From a virus (taxonomy: Duplodnaviria > Caudoviricetes): 26,028 bases of DNA. The notes below the pieces were generated by a model. It had not been told where the DNA came from and made no database searches. It saw only the letters and a program-made list of their open reading frames with translations. A program made the translations under genes and the position numbers. How positions within the stretch are numbered: position 1 is the first letter of the stretch; every line of letters starts with the position of its first letter. Below are positions 8,725 through 16,800 of this stretch, in pieces. The stretch lies in the IMG/VR virus record IMGVR_UViG_3300014208_000272, positions 1 through 26,028 of that record. The stretch is one strand, 5' to 3'.

Positions 8725-8866
8725 TATGAGTTAATTCGATATGATCTACATGGCCCTCAATAATGCCCTCACCGGCTTTGCATTGATGGGAAAAATCATC
8801 CTCAGAGCAGCAGCCTATTCTCAGTATTGCACCTGTTTGTAAGTCGTAAATAGTAAAGTCTTTCAC
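8717..8866 (-). CDS. Small tail-fibre-associated protein, possibly truncated (49 aa, start revised to GTG 8866)
   Basis: GTGA overlap with the upstream stop. FTIYDLQTGAILRIGCC...GEGIIEG resembles the N-terminus of longer proteins that follow tail fibre genes. Confidence 0.55.
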   Translation of the reverse strand: MKDFTIYDLQTGAILRIGCCSEDDFSHQCKAGEGIIEGHVDHIELTHNG

Positions 8867-9915
8867 ACTTTTAACCCCATAACCTGCAATGTAGGCCATC
8901 CACATGTTGAGTTATTCGCCCCGCCCTGCGTGCACCATGTGCTTACAGTTAATTCATAAGTTACCGAGCCTGAACCCGGTGCTCCAAGCATGATAACTTG
9001 AGAAAATGTGCCTTGTTGAAACTCGCCATTCTGCAAATGCGCGAATCGCGCAAGCTGGTCATTGTACTTTGTCACGCCATTGACTTTGAGAACAGCAACC
9101 AGAATTTGTACTCCTGTTGGCGTGTTTAATGAAGATGTTGCCATCCGGCCAGTAAACACAATTACGACAGGCTTATTATCAGAATTTACGTTGACTGAAG
9201 TTACTACATTGCCTGTGCTGATCGATTGATTCTGTGAAAACCCAAGTATCGTAAAAGCATTGGGCGAAACATAGGTGCTGTAATTTGTCGATGTTAAGCT
9301 CCCTGCAAGATTAGCGAAAGCCCCCAGGTTTTGTGTAGCATTGTTTTCCGGTTTCCCTGATCCTGTTACGCCAGTCCAGATCGCTGTTGTTGCCGCCGCC
9401 GTTGTGTCCGTATTGGCTACATCGGTCACTTTCTTAATCAGTGAAACGCGCTTGGTATAGTAATCCGTCCATTTCCCCCGGTATGTCGATGCGACAATAG
9501 TCTGATTAGCTGAAATGTTGGTGTCATTGATCCAGGACGGGATACCCGATGCCCAGGCTACGCCGTTGTTTAGATAGTCTGCCAGTGCCTGAAAAGCTGT
9601 TGTGTACTGATTTTTCTGGGTAGTGATGCCGTAAGTTGTGGCCTGTGCTTCGAGCAGGGATTTCTCTGCCGCAATGGATTCCCATTCCACGCGCACGGAT
9701 TTCTTTTCCAGTGCGCTTAACATACTGTCAGAGGCAATACCTCCCACTGCCGCTATCGCCGCGTTCGAGTTGCTTACCGCCGCCGTGATGTCAGCGCCTA
9801 AGCCTGGAGCAAGATCGTCGTAATCGACTATTGTACCTACCGGCAATCCAAGCGGGTATATGCGCGGGCTTGTGGCCTGTAGGAGAATGTCGCGGGCGTT
9901 TTGGATGGTTGACAT
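8863..9915 (-). CDS. Tail fibre / tail-tip protein (350 aa)
   Basis: N-terminal STIQNARDILLQATSPR family motif, a helical IASDSMLSALEK...WTDYY module, the WTGVTGSGKPENNAT fibre motif and a beta-rich C-terminal domain. Confidence 0.7.
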   Translation of the reverse strand: MSTIQNARDILLQATSPRIYPLGLPVGTIVDYDDLAPGLGADITAAVSNSNAAIAAVGGIASDSMLSALEKKSVRVEWESIAAEKSLLEAQATTYGITTQKNQYTTAFQALADYLNNGVAWASGIPSWINDTNISANQTIVASTYRGKWTDYYTKRVSLIKKVTDVANTDTTAAATTAIWTGVTGSGKPENNATQNLGAFANLAGSLTSTNYSTYVSPNAFTILGFSQNQSISTGNVVTSVNVNSDNKPVVIVFTGRMATSSLNTPTGVQILVAVLKVNGVTKYNDQLARFAHLQNGEFQQGTFSQVIMLGAPGSGSVTYELTVSTWCTQGGANNSTCGWPTLQVMGLKV

Positions 9916-9923
9916 TAATATTG

Positions 9924-9952
9924 TTTACAAGTCTTAACATTTAGTATAGTAT
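9924..9952 (+). promoter_or_regulatory. Sigma70-like promoter for the helicase-methyltransferase unit
   Basis: TTTACA (9924-9929), 17-bp spacer, TAGTAT (9947-9952) in an AT-rich divergent gap. Confidence 0.45.
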
Positions 9953-9988
9953 TATCTTACACAAAATAAATATTTGAGATTAATAATA

Positions 9989-12196
9989 ATGAATTATCCA
10001 GAATTTTTAGAACAAAAACATATCAATCATATCCCCACAGGCCACGAGGTAACACTCAATGATCTTAACGAAAATCTGTTTGATTTCCAAAGAATAAGCG
10101 TTAAATGGGCATTAAAGAAAGGTCGCGCCGCGTTTTTTTTTGGAACTGGACTTGGTAAAACAATAGCGCAATGCTCATGGGCAGACAATGTTCATAAAAC
10201 TACCGGTAAGGATATTATCATATTCGCGCCTTTATGTGTAGCCAAGCAGACCGTTAGCGAGGCTTTCAAATTTAAAATACCGGTTAATTATTGCCGAGAA
10301 CAATCTCAAGTTAAGCCGGGTATCAACATAACTAACTATGAAATGATAGAACGCTTCGATATGAATAATTTTATCGGCGTTGTTTTAGATGAGTCCAGTA
10401 TTTTGAAAGGTCTTGATAGCAAAACAAGGAAATTATTAATCGAAGTCTGTAAAAAAGTACCCTATAAATTAAGCTGCACCGCTACACCGAGTCCTAATGA
10501 TTTTATGGAGCTAGGCAGTCAAGCTGAATTTTTGGGCGTTATGAGTCAAGTTGAAATGCTTGCTACGTTTTTTATTCATGACGGCGGCGATACTTCAAAA
10601 TGGCGCTTAAAAGGACACGGAAAAAGTAAATTCTGGGAGTGGATGGCAACATGGGCTATTACGATCAATAAACCATCTGATTTAGGGTTTGATGATGACG
10701 GTTATATTTTACCTGAATTGCACATTGTTAATCATGTTATCGAGTCGGAAGAATATCTCGATGGTGAACTTTTTATTAAAGAAGCTCAGACATTAATGGA
10801 GCGCAAGCAGGCAGCAAGGCGCACGATTGATAAGCGCATAAAGAAATGTGTCGAACTGGTAAATAACTCAACAGAACAATGGGCGATATGGTGTAACTTG
10901 AATGATGAGTCTGAACAACTCGCTAAACTGATACCAGATGCCAAGGATATTAAAGGCGCAGATTCAATCGATAAAAAAGAACAAATTATCAGTGAATTTA
11001 TTAATGGATCACTTCGAGTTTTAATAAGCAAGCCATCAATTACTGGTTTTGGCTTAAACTTTCAGTTCTGTAGAAATACGGTATTCGTTGGTCTTAATGA
11101 TAGCTTCGAGGCTTATTATCAAGCTGTTAGGCGTTTTTACAGATTCGGTCAGACAAGAGAAGTATATGCTCATTTGATAAGCACAGACATTGAGGGTAAT
11201 GTTAAAGCCAATCTTGAGCGCAAGCAAAAACTTGCTAATGATATGTCAGAAAGCATGGTGCAACATATGAGGTCAGTCATGGAAAAAGAAATTTTTGGCT
11301 CAAAAAAAGAAACTATCGAATACAAACGTGATGTTGTTAAAACGGATAAATATGAATTACACCAAGCTGATTGCATCGACCTTGCAAAAGAGATTAAAAC
11401 AAATAGCATTGGCTATACAGTTTTTTCACCGCCATTCGCATCTCTTTATACTTACTCAAACTCAGAAAGAGACATGGGGAACAGTAAGTCTCACGATGAA
11501 TTTTATATACACTTTAAGTTTTTGATTAAAGAACTTTATCGAATAACGATGCACGGCAGGCTTTTATCATTTCACTGCATGAATTTACCAACGTCTAAAC
11601 AGAATGACGGATTTATAGGCATAAGGGACTTTCGAGGCGAATTGATACGGATGTTTATTGATGAAGGCTGGATTTATCACTCTGAGGTAGTTATTTGGAA
11701 AGATCCGGTAACGGCAATGCAGAGAACAAAGGCGCTAGGTTTACTTCATAAAACAATAAGAAAAGACTCTGCAATGAGCCGTCAGGGTATACCCGATTAC
11801 TTGGTAACTATGCGTAAGCCGGGTGATAATGTGATACCCATATCCCATACTCATGAGTCTTTCCCTGTCCAACTGTGGCAGCAATACGCATCACCTATCT
11901 GGATGGATATAAACCCAAGTGATACTTTACAGTTCAGAACTGCCAGGGAAAACGATGACGAGCGGCATATCTGCCCATTGCAATTACAAGTGATCGAACG
12001 GGCAATTAATCTATGGAGCAAAGAAGGCGACTTGGTTTATAGTCCGTTTACTGGAATTGGCTCAGAAGGTTATGTTGCATTAAACATGGGACGTAATTTT
12101 ATAGGTTCTGAGCTTAAAAAATCATATTTTGATTTAGCTAAACGTAATCTAAGTAATGCAGTAAACCTTATGCAGTTTAGTCTATTCGATTTATGA
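9989..12196 (+). CDS. SF2 (SNF2-like) helicase fused to a beta-class N4C/N6A DNA methyltransferase (735 aa from ATG 9989)
   Basis: Helicase motifs GTGLGKT, VLDESS, TATPSPND, GFGLNFQ and QAVRRFYRFGQ. The MTase half from about 11330 has motif IV FSPPF (11426) before motif I SPFTGIGSEG (12041), plus HICPLQL and FIGSELKKSYF. Confidence 0.9.
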   Translation: MNYPEFLEQKHINHIPTGHEVTLNDLNENLFDFQRISVKWALKKGRAAFFFGTGLGKTIAQCSWADNVHKTTGKDIIIFAPLCVAKQTVSEAFKFKIPVNYCREQSQVKPGINITNYEMIERFDMNNFIGVVLDESSILKGLDSKTRKLLIEVCKKVPYKLSCTATPSPNDFMELGSQAEFLGVMSQVEMLATFFIHDGGDTSKWRLKGHGKSKFWEWMATWAITINKPSDLGFDDDGYILPELHIVNHVIESEEYLDGELFIKEAQTLMERKQAARRTIDKRIKKCVELVNNSTEQWAIWCNLNDESEQLAKLIPDAKDIKGADSIDKKEQIISEFINGSLRVLISKPSITGFGLNFQFCRNTVFVGLNDSFEAYYQAVRRFYRFGQTREVYAHLISTDIEGNVKANLERKQKLANDMSESMVQHMRSVMEKEIFGSKKETIEYKRDVVKTDKYELHQADCIDLAKEIKTNSIGYTVFSPPFASLYTYSNSERDMGNSKSHDEFYIHFKFLIKELYRITMHGRLLSFHCMNLPTSKQNDGFIGIRDFRGELIRMFIDEGWIYHSEVVIWKDPVTAMQRTKALGLLHKTIRKDSAMSRQGIPDYLVTMRKPGDNVIPISHTHESFPVQLWQQYASPIWMDINPSDTLQFRTARENDDERHICPLQLQVIERAINLWSKEGDLVYSPFTGIGSEGYVALNMGRNFIGSELKKSYFDLAKRNLSNAVNLMQFSLFDL

Positions 12197-12411
12197 AACA
12201 AACAAGGATAGGTTCATTAATTGAATCATTCGTGAATATCCTGATTGGTTATCTTGTCGCATTGGTTTCTCAAATATTTATTTTCCCTATATTTAATATC
12301 AATGTGACAATAAGAACCAATTTGTTAATCGGGTTTTGGTTTACTGCTATCAGTCTGGTTAGAAGCTATATTATTCGTAGATTATTTAATTCAATTCTGC
12401 ATAGAATTTAA
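12193..12411 (+). CDS. Small two-TM membrane protein, DUF7220-like (72 aa)
   Basis: MKQTRIGSLIESFVNILIGY...RSYIIRRLFN pattern, two hydrophobic stretches, ATGA-coupled to the MTase. Confidence 0.75.
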   Translation: MKQTRIGSLIESFVNILIGYLVALVSQIFIFPIFNINVTIRTNLLIGFWFTAISLVRSYIIRRLFNSILHRI

Positions 12412-13871
12412 ATCAACACCTCGACCTTAACCCTGAAATTAGACCAATCCGGGCTCAACTTTGTCACCACGCCGGTTTTCCCAGCCGAAAGACCAAACCT
12501 TGAATGCTGCAAGGTAACCGCCTGCCCCAACTCCAACTCAAGCAAGTTCGGAAAGCCCTCAAAGCCAAAGACAACCCTTGGCACTTTGTAAATGTTAAGC
12601 TCACGATCCGCCTCGGCCTGCGCGTCTATTGTAGATATTAACAGAGTATTCCGTTGATCCGGCTCGGAATCCAGTTTGTAAGTTGCGGCCACGGCGATAT
12701 CTGTCGATGTCACCGTCATGTAATCTTCTGCCAGAAGCTTTTTAGATTCCTCGACAATGCCGGTCTGCAAGTCTGGCTGTTGATACCAGTTGCGGCAATA
12801 GCCAATCTTTACAGATGACTTTACAGTTATCCGATCCACGATGTGAAGGCTTGCCGCTACCATATCGCTTGATGTAATTACCCATGGGATACCATCTGGA
12901 GGCAACTTAATCTCAAGCAAGCGCAAGAGTCCCGCTCGGGACATGCACACCTGAGCGCCGACACTTGCGGCCAAGTCCTGGATCACATTGATTACATTCT
13001 CCCGTGCATCGACAAACACGCCTACCGGCTGCGCGTGTGCAGTATCGAATGTAGCCAGATTGCTTGCATCAAGATCGCCAGATGTAAAACGCGTGCTTGC
13101 TTTGCCAAAGCCGGTAACAATGCGCTGAATGAGTTTTGAGATAGTGTTTTCATAAATTGACGGCTTGTCGCCCTGGATGCTCGCGGTTATGGTTCCAGCC
13201 GGTGATGCTAAAAGAAAGAACTTGCCGACGGATAAACTTGGCGTAATGAATACCGGGACACCGTTGTCTCTAACCTCAATAATGAGCTCGATGGCTACAT
13301 TATGCACTTGATACTCATGGGTTGCCGGGTTGCTGAGTAGTGGCGCTATATTGCTAACCTCGCCAAATGTCAGTGGTATTAATGATTCTTTATTCGGTGT
13401 CGTGCCTCCAAGCTTAACATCAGAAAGTGGCGTGTTTAACCGCTCCAGTTTGTCCCTTATCTTGATATTAAGCCGATCACGCGCCCTGCTGTCGATGTTG
13501 TCGATAATGCCGTCGAATATGATTTGGTAATCCGATCTCTGCCACGACAAGTCACCCAAATAGACTTTAATTGCCCGGTTTGTCCAGATATAATCGAGCC
13601 AGTTATCGCGTTCCCCAGCGACATTGTATAATTCGATGTCTCCATAAGTTAGCCCTGCCCTGCCGGTAGTAAGTGATAAAGATTCCGTTACGTTCACGCC
13701 GCCGCTTATTGCAGGCTCGTAGACTGTGTTTGGTGGCGTATCGGCGTTGCCAGTGACATAACCCTTGCTTGATAGATAAAGCGTGGTTTCTATGCCTGCT
13801 ATCTGCGCGACGGCCTCGACCAGAATACAGCGGCGGGCGTTGTGATCGGAAAGCCATGTCGTAAATGTCAC
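12408..13871 (-). CDS. Tail-tip / hub-like protein (487 aa)
   Basis: Directly follows the tape measure (GTGA overlap). Motifs GDIELYN, IFDGII, IRDKLERLNTP, IPLTFGEVSNIAP and LELGQAVTLQHSRFGL. Confidence 0.8.
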   Translation of the reverse strand: MTFTTWLSDHNARRCILVEAVAQIAGIETTLYLSSKGYVTGNADTPPNTVYEPAISGGVNVTESLSLTTGRAGLTYGDIELYNVAGERDNWLDYIWTNRAIKVYLGDLSWQRSDYQIIFDGIIDNIDSRARDRLNIKIRDKLERLNTPLSDVKLGGTTPNKESLIPLTFGEVSNIAPLLSNPATHEYQVHNVAIELIIEVRDNGVPVFITPSLSVGKFFLLASPAGTITASIQGDKPSIYENTISKLIQRIVTGFGKASTRFTSGDLDASNLATFDTAHAQPVGVFVDARENVINVIQDLAASVGAQVCMSRAGLLRLLEIKLPPDGIPWVITSSDMVAASLHIVDRITVKSSVKIGYCRNWYQQPDLQTGIVEESKKLLAEDYMTVTSTDIAVAATYKLDSEPDQRNTLLISTIDAQAEADRELNIYKVPRVVFGFEGFPNLLELELGQAVTLQHSRFGLSAGKTGVVTKLSPDWSNFRVKVEVLI

Positions 13872-16800
13872 TTAATCTCCGCCTTCGAGCGTGCAAACCA
13901 GTTCTGTGATGCCGGTACTTCGCGCGTAACCTCAACGATCTGTTGAGCTGCATTGTCGTTCGCTTCGTAATTGGTGCGGATAATATCCCCGGTATGCTTG
14001 CGATTTTCTTCTCTGAGTTGCCGGACTTCTTCACGTAATTGGCGCAACTCTAACACAAGTTCCTGGCTCATGCCTTGAGACTGCCCAGCTGTCAATACCC
14101 GCTCTCCCTTGTGCAGTTGCGCTATGTAACCATCATACGGCACGTAATCAAGCCCGTCCCTGTGCGATCCGGCAAGTTGTTGTTGGATATACTGCCCCGC
14201 CACTGCGTAAATCTGTTCTTTCGGCACTCCGGACCGGAATTGATCGTAAATCCATTGCAGTTCTGTGGCAGTGAGCCCACGTCCCAATGCCGACATAGCA
14301 TCCCGCGCCGCCTGGTCAATTTGCGCTTGCATATCTACCCGCTGGATTACATCACTGTATACATCTTGAGGAGATACGCCAGAACTAAGTTGTTGTGTTA
14401 TATAAGCCGATTCGTTAGGTTGCGTAGGCCGTCCTAATGTGCCTGATACATAGTTGCTTATAATGTTATTTATTCCCATGTACACCAATTCTTTCAAGCT
14501 TTCCAGTGTGTCAATAAGCTTGGCTGATTGATTGTCGAAGTTAATTTTTTCGTTCGCATAGATAGTTAATAGCGTTTGGTCAAGTTGTTGTAACTCTGTA
14601 ATAGCGCTAGTTTGATACTCAAGCATCTTGGCTTTATATTCGGATTCGCTTATTCCCGCCGGATTAGCCAGTGTTGCCAAAGCATCATAAACCTGTTGGA
14701 ATATCGCCGTGTAATCCGCTCCGCTCGCATAATAAGCCCTGGCCAGAGTCAGGTAGTTATCCGCCGCCTGGGTAATACCGGCCATCGCATCAATATCCCC
14801 GGCCTTGGCAAGTGCTAACTGGGTGTTCCATTGCGCTTGCGCGGTCGCCAGCTTTTCAGCATTGGTAAGCGGCGACTTGTCGCCTATAAGCAAGCCGTCA
14901 AGGTAGGATTTAATCTGTTTAACTGAATCCGATACTTTACCCAACATATCAAGCTCTGCCTGATACCTGTCCATGACGGCCTGATTAATCTCACTGATGA
15001 TGTTAACCTTTTCGGCGTTGTCCGTTGTGTTAGCCAGTTGTTTGTAAAGATTATCAATAATAGTCTGTTGGTAAGCCGGATCACTTGACGCACCTGTACC
15101 GCCAAGCGTAGCGATATTACCCGCTATGCTGGTTCTGACTTGTTGCAGACTCTTTGAGAAAGCCACAAACTTACTTAGCAGATCACTTAGTGATTGGTTG
15201 ATCGTGTCCGTGGCTTCATGCAACCCGGCCTCGTAAATTGAAATCATATCAAAGCCTGTGGCCCCGACAGCCTGCGCCTTTTGCAGTATTTCAGAATATT
15301 TTGCAATCAGTTGATCGGCTATATCGATCTGTTCACCGCTATACAAGCCGTCCATAATCTGCTTTAACGCCTTGGCGTTCTCTGCCATAGCTTTAGCTGT
15401 TGCCTCGATGCTTTGGTAATACTGATCGGCTGCTGTCGATAATTTCAAGAGCAAGGAATAGCGCTCACGGTCTGCCGCGTTTGTCAGGTCAAGCGCCTCC
15501 ATGACTTTACGGTATTGATCGCGTGATGTCGCTAACAGATTAATAGTTTCCTGGCTGAATGTCCCTTCTAACATACCTTGTAGTTGTTCGGTAAGCCTCT
15601 GTTGTTTTTCCTCTGCACTAAAGAACTTATCGTAAAATTCAGAGAATTGTTTTTGAAATTCTTCCAGTCCGCCCGCCGCTTGAACCAGGCTATCGGCAAT
15701 CATAATCAAGTCGCCTGAAAATGCAGTGCCTGATTGTTTTAAAGCATCACGCACCACGGCCAACTCTGAAACAATCCGGATTGCGGTTTCCAGCATCCCC
15801 TCACCGACCTTTTGATATTGGCCGATGATATTTCCAAAAACATCGGTCGCCATCTGATCCAGAACTGTACTGATAACGCCATTCAGTTTTTTACTAGCAT
15901 CCTCTGCGCTTAAACCCCGCAATTCAACCATTATGATGGGTATGATATAGTCCTTTACCTTTTGCGCCAAGCCATCACCCAACACTTCAGCAAGGCTTAC
16001 CATCGTATCACCAACACCTTTAAATAATTTGCTCAATGATACCTGCACATCTTCATTAATCATCGATAAAACCGTGTCGAAACTGGTTTTTTTCTTGCCG
16101 AATAAGCCGCCTGTTTTTGATGTTTTAATAATGTTATATTGAGCCGCGCCAATAAGATCGCCGGCCATTGTGTCAGCCATAGAAATAGGTGCTGTAGCTA
16201 TGCCGCCGCCAACTATTTCTTTAGTTATTTTACCGCCGAACAACATCGTTCCAAGTTTACCAGCAAAGGTATCAATCCCTAAAAACACATTGGTTAATAA
16301 TTTTGTTGATCCGGCTATGGTGGTTCCAAGACCTCTAATATCAGGATTATCGTAAATACCCGTACCCAGGCTATCGGCCCTGAATATGCTGTTTACTGTT
16401 CCGGTAATGGCATCGTGTAAGGCAGTCACGCCCTTATTGATGCCTCTTAACTCCACATATTCATCGGCATGAATCGATTTCAACAACTCATAAACTTTGT
16501 TGGCTGAATCCGATGTTGCCGTTGAATCGCCCAAGACTGTCCCGGTATCCGCCGAGCCTTTCGGTGCGCTTGCACTGCCCCCACCTGCGCTAAAGGCCCC
16601 GCCTGCTGCCGCTATAACGCCGCCGACTATGGCTATCATGGCCGCTATACGCGCAAATGCGGAATAAGGATCACCCTTGCCCTGGTTTAAAATCGCCTCA
16701 CCGCCCAAGGCTAAAAGATTCTTTAATCTGACTGCCAATTCTACCGCGCCGAATACCAGTTCCATATTATGCAAAGCTTTTCTTCCTGCTGACTGCTCGC

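Noticed and set aside
1-9915. Diversity-generating retroelement acting on fibre genes
   Set aside because: No reverse transcriptase and no near-identical TR/VR pair differing at adenines were seen. The FN3 repeats are diverged protein-level duplicates.
4940-12411. Gin/gix-type invertible tail-fibre segment as the cause of the strand switches
   Set aside because: No invertase gene is in the window, no inverted repeats were seen at the switch points, and the convergent boundaries are interlocked stop codons. A computational inverted-repeat search would be the final test.
9989-12411. Complete type III or type IIG restriction-modification system
   Set aside because: No PD-(D/E)xK, HNH or PLD nuclease motif and no specificity subunit are evident.
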